Source of the DNA: an uncultured Planctomycetaceae bacterium
GTDB taxonomy: Bacteria; Planctomycetota; Planctomycetia; Planctomycetales; Planctomycetaceae
DNA length: 64,000 nucleotides
Direction of reading: 5' to 3'
NCBI GenBank assembly: GCA_963976765.1
Contig: CAXBME010000005.1
Span: 248,001-312,000, forward strand
Both the position numbers and the translations under genes were made by a program. How positions within the stretch are numbered: position 1 is the first letter of the stretch; the number at the start of each line of letters is the position of its first letter. Under the pieces are notes generated by a model. That model had not been told where the DNA came from and made no database searches. It saw only the letters and a list, made by a program, of their open reading frames with translations. This document shows positions 35,937-48,342 of this stretch, one piece after another.

Positions 35937-36929
35937 ATGAGTCTTGATCCGAAACAGACTCACGTCGCGCACGAGTGGAAGCATGGCAAGCCGTTGATCG
36001 CATGCAGCTTCGACCCGACGGGGCGTTTTCTGTTTACGAGTTCGGAAGATTACACGCTGCAGCGATGGAATCTCGAAGACGGATCGAAGGTCGCCTGGGA
36101 AGCTCACGACAGCTGGATTCGAGACATCGCTTTTCTGCCTGACGGAGAAACAGTCATCACCGCAGGCTGCGACGATCGGATTATTTTCTGGCCGGTTGCC
36201 GGGGAAAAGCCGCAGCCTCAAGCTGAAGTTGTTGCACACAAAGGCTGGGTTCGATCTGTCGACGTGAACTTCGATGGAACACTGATTGCAACAGGCGGCG
36301 ATGACCATCTGGTGAAACTGTGGACTCCAACCGGCAAACTCGTCAGAGAACTGACCGGTCACCAGGGGCACGTGTACTCCGTTTTTTTTCACCCCGATGG
36401 AACAACGCTCCTTTCAGGCGATCTGAAAGGAGTTGTTCATCAGTGGGACACAAAGACCGGGAAGCTGACGCGAACCTTCGAGGCCAAAGAACTCTTTTCT
36501 TACAACACCGGTCAGAAAGTGGACTACGGCGGTGTCAGAGATATCGCGCTGAGTCCTGACGGCAGGACACTTGCCTTGACGGGGCTGCATAAAGCAACCA
36601 ACCCGCTCGGGGCTGTCAACGAGCCGCTGGTGATGTTGTTCGACTGGGCAAAAGGCGAATCCATTTGCAAGCAACCAGCCGACGGTGTCCGAGGGATCGG
36701 GTGGCAGATTGAGTTCCTCTCGGACGGTTCCGAAGTCTGCGCATCCGGTGGTGGTGGAGGCGGCTACTTGATTTTCTTCAAACCCACCGAAGAGAAATCC
36801 TTCTACCAGCTCAAGCTGAAAGACACCGCCCGCGATATGTCGCTCCACCCTGACGGACTGCAAATCGCGACCGCACACTGGGACGGTTACGTGCGAATCT
36901 GCAGGATGGAAAAGAAGCCAGCAAAATAG
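35937..36929 (+). CDS. WD40-repeat protein
   Basis: AHDSWIRDIAF, AHKGWVRSV, GHQGHVYSVFFHPDG, ATGGDD.LVKLW. Confidence 0.9.
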   Translation: MSLDPKQTHVAHEWKHGKPLIACSFDPTGRFLFTSSEDYTLQRWNLEDGSKVAWEAHDSWIRDIAFLPDGETVITAGCDDRIIFWPVAGEKPQPQAEVVAHKGWVRSVDVNFDGTLIATGGDDHLVKLWTPTGKLVRELTGHQGHVYSVFFHPDGTTLLSGDLKGVVHQWDTKTGKLTRTFEAKELFSYNTGQKVDYGGVRDIALSPDGRTLALTGLHKATNPLGAVNEPLVMLFDWAKGESICKQPADGVRGIGWQIEFLSDGSEVCASGGGGGGYLIFFKPTEEKSFYQLKLKDTARDMSLHPDGLQIATAHWDGYVRICRMEKKPAK

Positions 36930-36936
36930 TCATGCT

Positions 36937-38286
<1,350 letters not shown>

Positions 38287-38460
38287 CTCAGAGATTCCTT
38301 AGACGAGGTTGGGATTCGGCGATAGTTGCTGGCCTCGGCGACTGACGAAAGACTATGGTCGGCTGACGAAAGCTCCTGCGCCAAGTCAACGACGGCACAC
38401 GATTGCTCAGCAAGATCATTTTCGTCCAACATTTCTCCGATGCCTGATGCCGAGGTCCGC

Positions 38461-39903
38461 ATGACTTCTAAAATAATCTGCCTTGCAACGATTCACTTTC
38501 TAGTCGCTGTTGGTGGTTTGCGGGCCGAAACGGTATCGCGTCCGAACGTTCTGTTCATCGCGATCGACGACCTGAACGACTGGGTCGGGTTTCTGGACGG
38601 GCACCCTCAGGCGAAGACTCCCAACATGGACCGTCTGGCGAATCGCGGTGTCGTTTTTTCGAATGCTCACTGTCAGGCACCGATCTGCAATCCGTCGCGA
38701 GTCAGCTTGATGACCGGCACGCGGCCATCGACCACCGGAATCTATCTGCTCGGCCCGACGGATTTTCGCAAAGCCTGCCCGCTGCTCAAAGACTCCAAAG
38801 AAACACCGACGCTGCCAGAACACTTCGCCGCGCACGGCTATCGAACGATCGGCGGCGGAAAAATTTATCACGCATCGACATCACGCGAGACGTTTCAGGA
38901 ATACGGACCCCGCGGCGGCAACGGAGCCTTTCCGAAACAGAAGCTGAGCTATCCGGACGGCGTGAAACTATGGGACTGGGGAAAGTTCCCTTCGCACGAC
39001 GAAGACCAGGGCGACTACGGCGTTGCTACGTGGGCCGTTGAAGAACTGGCGGAGTCGCGTGCAGAACCGTTCTTTATGGCGGTCGGTTTCTTCCGTCCGC
39101 ACGTTCCACTTTACGCTTCTGAGGAATGGTGGAAATTCGTCGGAGCAGAACGTGACATTCAGCTGCCGAAGGTTCTGACGTCGGACAACAATGACATTGC
39201 CGACTTCGCTCGCCAGCTGACCTGGAGCGGTCTGGCCCCACGGCACAACTGGATGATCGAGAATGATCAATGGAAGCGAGCCGTGCACGCTTATCTGGCG
39301 TGCGTGAGTTTTGTCGATCATCAGGTAGGGCGGGTTCTCGACGCACTCGACGCCAGCCCTCACGCAGAAAACACCATCATCGCGCTCTGGTCCGACCACG
39401 GCTGGGCTCTTGGCGAGAAACAACGATGGGCCAAGCGAGGTCTATGGGAATCGGAGACTCGCGTCCCGCTGATCATCGCCGGGCCAAACGTCAAAGGTAG
39501 CCGAGTCTGTCAGCAACCAGTCGGCCTGATCGATCTCTACCCGACGCTGGCCGAAATGTGCGGATTGTCGAAACCGGCACATCTGGAAGGTCGATCTCTG
39601 ATGCCGCAACTCCAGAACGTCGACACGGAACGACCACCGGTGATCACGACCTTCTTCGAAAACAATCACGCCGTCAGATCAGCTCGCTGGAGATACATCC
39701 GCTACTCGACAGGCGACGAAGAGCTGTACGATCACGATGCCGACCCGCATGAATGGCGCAACCTGGCAGGAAAACCAGCACACGCGGAAATCATCAAAGA
39801 GCTGGCGCAGCACCTACCCAGCGTCAACGTCAGGACGGCTCCTGGCAGCAGCGGACTTGGAAGCCGCGACGAAGATCGCCATCTCTTCGGCAATGTGAGA
39901 TAG
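38461..39903 (+). CDS. Formylglycine-dependent sulfatase (iduronate-2-sulfatase-like)
   Basis: RPNVLFIAIDDLN, KTPNMDRLA, CNPSRVSLMTG, GKIYH, RPHVP, SDHG, ELYDH..DP.E..NLA. Confidence 0.93.
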   Translation: MTSKIICLATIHFLVAVGGLRAETVSRPNVLFIAIDDLNDWVGFLDGHPQAKTPNMDRLANRGVVFSNAHCQAPICNPSRVSLMTGTRPSTTGIYLLGPTDFRKACPLLKDSKETPTLPEHFAAHGYRTIGGGKIYHASTSRETFQEYGPRGGNGAFPKQKLSYPDGVKLWDWGKFPSHDEDQGDYGVATWAVEELAESRAEPFFMAVGFFRPHVPLYASEEWWKFVGAERDIQLPKVLTSDNNDIADFARQLTWSGLAPRHNWMIENDQWKRAVHAYLACVSFVDHQVGRVLDALDASPHAENTIIALWSDHGWALGEKQRWAKRGLWESETRVPLIIAGPNVKGSRVCQQPVGLIDLYPTLAEMCGLSKPAHLEGRSLMPQLQNVDTERPPVITTFFENNHAVRSARWRYIRYSTGDEELYDHDADPHEWRNLAGKPAHAEIIKELAQHLPSVNVRTAPGSSGLGSRDEDRHLFGNVR

Positions 39904-39946
39904 ACCATCTTCATGGTTTCAGTACAGGAGCTGGCACTCGGAATCG

Positions 39947-40720
39947 TCATTGCTTCGAAGTAGCGTTTGTCGTCTTCGAAGCTTTCCGTTGACCGATCAC
40001 CTTTTTCACAACGATCGGAAAGGCACCGAGCAGCACGAACGCCAGAACCAGTTGCGGAGTCAAAATGCCGGAACCGCCTTTCTCTGCGAGAGTTTGCAGG
40101 TCAGGAAACTGTGAGCCGGCATAAACATAAACAGCCGTTCCGGGCAACATCCCAATCTGGCTCACCCACCAGTAGGTCGACGTTTTTAGCGGTGTCAGTC
40201 CCATGACAACGTTGATCACAAAAAACGGAACAGCGGGGATCAATCGCAGCGTGAACAGGTAGAAGGCACCTTCCCGTTTCAAAGATTCATTGAACGACGT
40301 CAGCTTGTCTGCGAAGCGACTTTGGATCGTTTCTCGCAGAAAGTATCGACTCAGAACAAACGCCATTGTCGCGCCGGCGGTCGAAGCAAAACTGACGACG
40401 ACCATGCCACGGACAAAGCCGAAGTACCAGGCGTAGGCGAGCGTCAGAACCGAAGCGCCCGGAAGTGAGAAACCAGTCGCCAGGACGTAAATGGCCATCG
40501 CGACGCCGTAGACCAGCACGGGATTGTCCTGCCTGTACTGACGCAACAGAGTCTCTTTCGAAGCCAGAAACTTGAGCGAGAGTGCGTCGCCGAAGTTGTA
40601 GTAGGCGAAGAAGGCCGCAGCACCCACGGCCAGCAGGACAACAACCTTCGTCGTCCTGCCGCCAGATTTTTCCTGAGATGCCTCGCCGACCTGTGTCGCG
40701 TCGTCAGATTCTGTAGGCAT
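39947..40720 (-). CDS. TVP38/TMEM64 (DedA/VTT) membrane protein
   Basis: SLPGA..LTL, STAGATMAF.LSRY, LRLIPAVPFFVIN, SQIGMLPGT..Y. Confidence 0.9.
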   Translation of the reverse strand: MPTESDDATQVGEASQEKSGGRTTKVVVLLAVGAAAFFAYYNFGDALSLKFLASKETLLRQYRQDNPVLVYGVAMAIYVLATGFSLPGASVLTLAYAWYFGFVRGMVVVSFASTAGATMAFVLSRYFLRETIQSRFADKLTSFNESLKREGAFYLFTLRLIPAVPFFVINVVMGLTPLKTSTYWWVSQIGMLPGTAVYVYAGSQFPDLQTLAEKGGSGILTPQLVLAFVLLGAFPIVVKKVIGQRKASKTTNATSKQ

Positions 40721-40789
40721 TGCTTGTCCCTGAAATTCTTTGATTCACACCAAGCCTCATCAAATCAATCGAACTGTTACCATTCAGAA

Positions 40790-42310
40790 TTACCGATTCC
40801 ACGACAACCATCGCTGAAACAGCTTCCTGACAAATGGTGTCAGTCGAGTTCGGTTATAGAGATCTCCAACTTTCCGAATCGCGTCGCCTTGTGTCGGATA
40901 GGGGTGAATTGTCGAGGCAATTTTCTTCAGCCCCAGGCCGTGCGTCATCGCGAGCGTGACTTCGCTGATCATGTCTCCGGCATTGGTCGCGACGATGGTC
41001 GCTCCGACGATTTTGTCGGTGCCTTTCCTGACGTGGATCCGGACAAAGCCTTCATCATCGCCTTCCAGAATTGCCCGGTCGACTCCGTTGAGAGGCTGCG
41101 TGAATGTGTCGATTTCGACTCCGCTTTGCTTAGCCTCGATTGGTCCCAGGCCAACGTGAGCCAGCTCGGGTGATGTGTACGTTGCCCAGGGAATTGTCAG
41201 CGTGCTCGCCTTGCCACGTCCCATGAAGAGCGTATTTCCGATGATGATCCTGGCCATGAAGTCGGCAGCGTGCGTGAACTTGTATTTCGAGCAAACGTCG
41301 CCAGCGGCATAAATCTTTGGATTGGTCGTTTGCAGGTTGTCGGTGACTTCGATGCCGTTGCGAGTGTCAAACTTGACCCCGACATTCTCCAGACCCATCC
41401 CATCAACGTTGGGTGTTCTTCCAGTTCCGATCAGCAACTGATCACCAACGATTTCTTTCTCCCGTCCGTCCTGTTCGACCACGACGAGTTTCTCATCACC
41501 ACGCTGCTCGACCCGCACCGTGGTTGCATTCAGCACGAACTTGACGCCGTCTTTCTCCATCGACTTCTGGATAATCAGAGCGGCGTCGGTTTCTTCTCGC
41601 GGCAGAATGTTGGGGGCTTTCTCGATCTGCGTGACCTGCGAACCGAAGCGGGCAAAGCTTTGAGCCATCTCCGTTCCAATCGGCCCGCCACCGATCACGA
41701 TCAGTCGCTCTGGTAATTCAGTCAGCGAAAAAATCGACTCGTTTGTCAGATAGTCAACGTCTTTCAAACCTGGAATTGGCAGTTTGGCCGCTCGTCCACC
41801 AGTGCAGATGACGGCTCGCTTATAGTTGAGTCTTTTGCCTGCGACTTCGACGTGCCCGTCATTCGTGAACGAACCGCTGCCCAGGAAGACGTCGATGCCG
41901 ACTTCCTGAAACCTTGCCGCAGAATCGTGATGAGCCATGTCGGCTCGCAGCCGCCGCATGCGAGTCATGGCGGCGGCAAAGTCGACGCCCCAACCATCGG
42001 GAACCTGCACGCCAAATTCGTTCGCGTCGCGCACCATCGCCGCGACACGTGCCGCACTGATCACGCCTTTCGACGGAACGCAGCCAACATTCAGACAGTC
42101 GCCGCCCATTAATTCCCTCTCGACCAGTGCGACCTTCGCTCCCAGGCCGGCAGCACCAATGGCCGTGATCAGGCCCGCCGGCCCGGAACCGATCACGACG
42201 AGGTTGTAGCGGCCTGCCGGCTCGGGATTGATCCAGCCTTGAGGATGAACGAACGATTCCAGCTTCTGATTGTGTTCATCGTACGGTTGCAGTTGAACGA
42301 GCGAACTCAT
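40790..42310 (-). CDS. Pyridine nucleotide-disulfide oxidoreductase (MerA/Lpd-like)
   Basis: GSGPAG, GGDCLNVGCVPSK, GGGPIG.E, IYAAGD, IHPYPT. Confidence 0.9.
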   Translation of the reverse strand: MSSLVQLQPYDEHNQKLESFVHPQGWINPEPAGRYNLVVIGSGPAGLITAIGAAGLGAKVALVERELMGGDCLNVGCVPSKGVISAARVAAMVRDANEFGVQVPDGWGVDFAAAMTRMRRLRADMAHHDSAARFQEVGIDVFLGSGSFTNDGHVEVAGKRLNYKRAVICTGGRAAKLPIPGLKDVDYLTNESIFSLTELPERLIVIGGGPIGTEMAQSFARFGSQVTQIEKAPNILPREETDAALIIQKSMEKDGVKFVLNATTVRVEQRGDEKLVVVEQDGREKEIVGDQLLIGTGRTPNVDGMGLENVGVKFDTRNGIEVTDNLQTTNPKIYAAGDVCSKYKFTHAADFMARIIIGNTLFMGRGKASTLTIPWATYTSPELAHVGLGPIEAKQSGVEIDTFTQPLNGVDRAILEGDDEGFVRIHVRKGTDKIVGATIVATNAGDMISEVTLAMTHGLGLKKIASTIHPYPTQGDAIRKVGDLYNRTRLTPFVRKLFQRWLSWNR

Positions 42311-43033
42311 CGTAATTCCTTTTTCGCGACCGATACGAACGCGGTGATTTTCTAGAATCTCGGAACAATCCGACGCCGAAGCAGCACTACCGAAGCAGCC
42401 AGCATTCGATCAAAGAAGTAAACGTCTCGGTGCGGTGACGCTGTCACTGGAGTTTCCTTACTGAAAAATGTACTTGATTACCGAAAAAACAGGGTTACGC
42501 ATTTAGTGGATGCGGTTTTGCTTTCCGGAATCATGGATCGAGACGGCGAACCACAGCCTGTATGTGCGGAGTTGGCTGGCTGCTGGAAGATCCGCGGGGC
42601 TGGCCGAGTTGCTGCGGAAAAGTCTGGATGAATCCTGGCGGGCATCTCAGGGGCGGTGAGAACGGAAGACATTAGAAATTCCGGGAGCGGCGGCCAGCCA
42701 GTTGGACGCCGATCTGCTGGCCCCTTGACCGTGGCTGTAGCATTTTCGGAGTTTGTCTACAGGAAAGTCTGAGACCAGTACGAATCGCGGGCGACTGAAC
42801 CATCACTCTCACGCTGGTAATTCAGTATTCGTTTTCGGTGTTCTGCAGGATGGCCACAATGGAAACGATGGCCGTCCCGAGTACCAGCTCCTGTACAGAA
42901 ACCTGCTTAAATTCATCACTGTACGAACGGCGTGGCAGCTTCGATTTTTCGGACATTCGGACACGACGATCTACTTAGAGGATTCTTCAGAATCCTTCCG
43001 GTGTCCGCCAGTCATGGGATATCGCACGTCGAT

Positions 43034-46000
43034 TCAATTTTCGATCGGCAGTGGCCTGGGTAGAGTGCCATCGGCGTTGACCCAGGTGGCGCCGCGTATT
43101 GTGCCGTGGTGGCCGTTTCCGGACGAATCGATCAGCTCGTCGTCAGCCCCTTTGTCGCAGTGGTACAGACCGATCGTGTGTTCGTCGGGCAGGAACCGTT
43201 CCTGCGGAACGAAGTCATCTTCGTAACGTGCGATTTGAGAAATTCGAGCTTCGTCGATGACACCGTCGAAACATTGATGGCGTTCGTCTCGACCCAGGTG
43301 TGCCCATGACGCACCAATGGAAATCCAGCCAAGTGATTCTTTCAGATCACTGGCTGGTACTTCGCCCTGAATGCGACCGTCGAGAAAGAAGCGGAGACGT
43401 TTTCCATCATGCACGGCTGCGAGATGCACCCGTTTTCCTGGTATCGCTTTCGACAGTGATTTGACGAGCAAATCACGGCGAGATTTGCTTCCCATAACAG
43501 CCCAGGTTAAGTCCGGCTGCAGACGCAACCCCATTCGGTCTGATCTGACGACAAACCCGGTATCTGAAATTCCGGCGACTCCCTGAGGGAACGAGCGAGG
43601 CGTCGCGAAAGCTTCAATCGTCAGCGGCTTGGTCGGATCGACATTGATATTCCGAATGTCAGCGAGCGACGTTTTCCCATCAAACGAGAGTGCGTAGTCT
43701 GGCGTCTGGCCGTCGTCACGCGGTGTCTGCCAGAGATCCAGTTCGCCGTGACCGCCTTTACGATTGGAAGCGAGCAGCAGCGTTCGGCCATTGCTCGACA
43801 CAAACGGGGCTCCTTCAATCGACTCGGTGTTCACTCGACCGCTCACTGGTTGAGGATCGGCAAAGCGATCGGTATGGATCGGTCGACGGGCCACATACAG
43901 AGTCCCTGGATCTCCATCGGATCGTCCGGCGTGAAAGAACAGACGCGTGCCGTGGTCGGCCAGCGCAGGCGAATGCTGACTCTGCCTGATTTGAAACTCG
44001 TCGCCGAGATTGACTGGCCGGCCAAAATCCTCGGACTCGTTGGCCCGTGAACTCATCCATAGTTGCGACTCGCCGCCGGGCCGGTTCGAGTGAAAAAACA
44101 GTTGCTTCGCGTCATCCGAGAGGGCTGGCTCGGAATCTCGATACGGGCTGTTGACCACCGAACTGAGATTGACCGGCGAGCGGAAGTCTCCGTCTGTCGT
44201 CGTGCGGGAGCTGATCCACAAATCGAAGTCACCTCGACCACCGCTGCGATTGCTGGCAAAGATCAGCCGCCGCCCGTCGCTCGATAGCGTTGGAGCCGTA
44301 TCGTCGCGAGACGAGTTAACTTGCTCACCCAGATTAACCGGTTGAGGGAAGGGCTGGTCAATGTCTGGACGTGTCGCCATCCACAGATCATCACCACCAG
44401 ATCCACCCGGTCGATTCGACGCAAAGATCAGAGTCAGGCCGTCGACTGACAAAATGGGTTCGGTGTCGTCCTGTGGGCTGTTGACTATTTCGCCGAGATT
44501 TGTCGGTTCTGCAAACTTCCAGTCGCCTCTGTCGGGGGCGGGAGAGCCATCAGCCAGCACCCAGGTCGCTCCGTGAATGACGCCGTGATGGCTGTTGCCT
44601 GACGAGTCAATCAGCCGCTCGCCTTCCCCTTCATCAAAGTGAAACAGAGCCAGTGTTTGCTCGTCCGGAGCGAGACGCTTCTGTGGCTTGTAGCTCTCCG
44701 AATAACGAGCCACGTTCGAGATGCGAACCTCATCAATCAAGCCGCGGAATGCCTGCCGATTGTTGCCGGTGTTCTGCAACAGTCCGATCCGAACTGGACG
44801 GTTCCAGTTGTCGACAATAATGATGGGCCCCTCGTACCACACTTCTTCATTGCCGCGAAGATAACCTGCGATGACGGGAACTTTCTTACCATCGACAAAC
44901 AGGTCGACACGCTGCCCATCATACACGGTCGTGATGCGGTACTGCAGGCCCGCGATGAATCCCGTATCGACGGGTTCCCAACGAACCGCAATCAGGCGGT
45001 CCTTTAAGGCAACGGTAACCGTCACAACCCTTTGGCCTTGGTAGTTGGTTGTCGTCAGCTGAAAACAATCCGTGCCGATGAGTTTCTGGATAGTTGGTTG
45101 AATTGAATCCGGCATTGTGACGGTGGTTTCAATCGTGAGCGGATGGCTGCCATCGTAAAACAGCGTTGGCACAATGACTTCGTTGGCCTCACCGTCAAAC
45201 GACAGCGCGTAGTCAATCGGCGCAGGCGGTTTTGCCGCAACTGCGATTCCTGGTTCTGTGACAGTGCTCGTCACTTGACTGCCACTCAGGGATGATTGCG
45301 GAACGGAACTCTCTTCAGAGGACGTCCTGCCGTTTCCGTCTGTTGTCTCGGTCGTCGATCTCGAGCGATCTCCTGGTGACGGACTAAGGATTGCAACCGC
45401 CACACATGCAAGGAGCACGAGCCCGGCAAACCCCGAGATCAGGCCGGTCTTACGGCGTTGTTTTCCGGAGGGGCTCACTGCGGAAGCTGCCTGCGCGAAC
45501 TCGCGGACATCAAGTGAATGCTGGGTTTGCGGATCGGTGTCCGACGAATCTGTTTGCAGCGTCACTGTCGGAGCAAATTCCGCGTCGATCTGTTCTTCGT
45601 CGATTGAATTCTGAGCCAACGTGCTGTGAGTTCGGGAAGATTCCAGATTCGACAGAAACTCGTTGAGTCGACTGTCTTCGCTGTGAACTGGTCCTATCGT
45701 CGGCGTGGATTCGAGGCAGCCCGAACAGTGTTTCAGGTCGGCCAGAACGGCTGACATATTTTGATAACGATGGTCCGGATTCTTGGCGACCATTCGAGTG
45801 AAAACTGCTTCGAGTTCTGCTGACGCCGTCGGACAGGCCTCACGCAACGACGGAATCGGCTCGCTCTGATGCGCCAGTAGCTTGTTAACGACAGAATCCG
45901 CCTTAAACAGAGGCCGCGCGGTGAGCAGGTACCACAGCGTGACTCCAAGTGCGTAAATATCCGCGCGAGCGTCGGCGTTCTTTGTGTCTTTTGCCTGCTC

Positions 46001-46735
46001 CGGTGCCATGTAATCCACGGTGCCCATGATCTGATTGCTGCCGGTTAGTTGATCCTGATCAACCCCCGCAGATTCAAGTCGAGCCAGCCCCATATCGAGA
46101 ATCCGGACAGTCGCATCTCGACCCAGCAGCAGATTCGCTGGTTTGATGTCTCGATGAACCACGCCACGGGAATGGGCATATTCCAGTCCCTGAGCCGCCT
46201 GCAGCAGGATCGTCACGGCTCGATCGACGGGAAGCATCCCCTTCTCTTTGACGAACGACGAGAGGTCTGTCCCCTCGACAAACTGCATGACGAGAAAATG
46301 GGTGCCGTCTGCTTCATCGGCGTCATAAGCGACGACGATGTTTGGATGCTCCAGCCGCGCAGCCGCTTTGACCTCACGCTGAAACCGCAGCACGGCTTCC
46401 GGAGTGTCGGTCATCGCTGCTGACAGAATCTTGAGCGCGACAACGCGATCCATCCGTCGATGCTCAGCCTTAAGCACCACGCCCATTCCGCCACGTCCTA
46501 GCTCATCCAGCACGACGTAGTTGCCCAGAACGAGCGACTTGCCGTTGCCGAGCAGGAGTTGTTCCGCCTGGTACGCGGTCAGCTTCTTCTGTTTCACCAG
46601 CCAGGTCGCGAACTGCTCTCCATCTTTCGGGCGCGCGTCCACAGGCACAAGCCCGAGCGCCGCAAGCAGCTCGGATTCAGCAAGCAGGCCCGAGTCAATC
46701 AGTTGTTTTTGAAACTGCTGAGCGGAAACAGTCAT
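43034..46735 (-). CDS. Membrane Ser/Thr kinase with LamG-like, PD40/TolB-like repeat and second LamG-like domains
   Basis: LGRGGMGVV, VALK, HRDIKPANLL, DMGLA, GTVDYMAPEQ; one TM; repeats LIFASNRPGG.G..DLW; two DYALSFDG...IDE.RIS units; start taken at MTVSAQQF. Confidence 0.9.
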   Translation of the reverse strand: MTVSAQQFQKQLIDSGLLAESELLAALGLVPVDARPKDGEQFATWLVKQKKLTAYQAEQLLLGNGKSLVLGNYVVLDELGRGGMGVVLKAEHRRMDRVVALKILSAAMTDTPEAVLRFQREVKAAARLEHPNIVVAYDADEADGTHFLVMQFVEGTDLSSFVKEKGMLPVDRAVTILLQAAQGLEYAHSRGVVHRDIKPANLLLGRDATVRILDMGLARLESAGVDQDQLTGSNQIMGTVDYMAPEQAKDTKNADARADIYALGVTLWYLLTARPLFKADSVVNKLLAHQSEPIPSLREACPTASAELEAVFTRMVAKNPDHRYQNMSAVLADLKHCSGCLESTPTIGPVHSEDSRLNEFLSNLESSRTHSTLAQNSIDEEQIDAEFAPTVTLQTDSSDTDPQTQHSLDVREFAQAASAVSPSGKQRRKTGLISGFAGLVLLACVAVAILSPSPGDRSRSTTETTDGNGRTSSEESSVPQSSLSGSQVTSTVTEPGIAVAAKPPAPIDYALSFDGEANEVIVPTLFYDGSHPLTIETTVTMPDSIQPTIQKLIGTDCFQLTTTNYQGQRVVTVTVALKDRLIAVRWEPVDTGFIAGLQYRITTVYDGQRVDLFVDGKKVPVIAGYLRGNEEVWYEGPIIIVDNWNRPVRIGLLQNTGNNRQAFRGLIDEVRISNVARYSESYKPQKRLAPDEQTLALFHFDEGEGERLIDSSGNSHHGVIHGATWVLADGSPAPDRGDWKFAEPTNLGEIVNSPQDDTEPILSVDGLTLIFASNRPGGSGGDDLWMATRPDIDQPFPQPVNLGEQVNSSRDDTAPTLSSDGRRLIFASNRSGGRGDFDLWISSRTTTDGDFRSPVNLSSVVNSPYRDSEPALSDDAKQLFFHSNRPGGESQLWMSSRANESEDFGRPVNLGDEFQIRQSQHSPALADHGTRLFFHAGRSDGDPGTLYVARRPIHTDRFADPQPVSGRVNTESIEGAPFVSSNGRTLLLASNRKGGHGELDLWQTPRDDGQTPDYALSFDGKTSLADIRNINVDPTKPLTIEAFATPRSFPQGVAGISDTGFVVRSDRMGLRLQPDLTWAVMGSKSRRDLLVKSLSKAIPGKRVHLAAVHDGKRLRFFLDGRIQGEVPASDLKESLGWISIGASWAHLGRDERHQCFDGVIDEARISQIARYEDDFVPQERFLPDEHTIGLYHCDKGADDELIDSSGNGHHGTIRGATWVNADGTLPRPLPIEN

Positions 46736-46847
46736 AAACAGTATGGTCGAGACAACTTGACGAGTGGATGACAGGCCCGGACAGATTTCGAACAGGCTAA
46801 CTGCTTGTTGCTTTGGAGGCCAGTCGGAGTCTGAAACCACCTGCGAC

Positions 46848-46879
46848 AAAAAAAACGCCGACTGGAACTCAGTCGGCGT
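46848..46879 (-). terminator. Intrinsic terminator after the Gfo/Idh/MocA gene
   Basis: Minus strand ACGCCGACTG-AGTTC-CAGTCGGCGT followed by a T run. Confidence 0.85.
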
Positions 46880-46921
46880 CTTCAAGGGCAAAAGCTGTTC
46901 GTCAAGATTCTGAGCAAGTAA

Positions 46922-48121
<1,200 letters not shown>

Positions 48122-48342
48122 CGTGTTGTTCCTCGTGTTAACTCGTCTCTGGCTGGTCAGCCGCTATTCACGCACGTCCCAGGCGGTTGACAATCGGGCA
48201 GCTTAGGGCTGAAGAATCGCTGATTCAATCAAACCAATGTCTGCTTCAGTCTGATACTTGCCAGGCACGACGACGAAGACGAAGAGGCGGCTTCATGAGC
48301 CACTCGGTTCGATGAGCGGCGAGCCTTCAGTGTCGATTCTGT

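Noticed and set aside
40790..42310. merA mercury resistance gene
   Set aside because: Lacks the C-terminal Cys pair and mer operon context
42311..43033. ncRNA or small gene in the 720-bp intergenic gap
   Set aside because: Only short unsupported ORFs (e.g. 49 aa from 42510) and one GGCCAGC/GCTGGCC stem; no recognisable family
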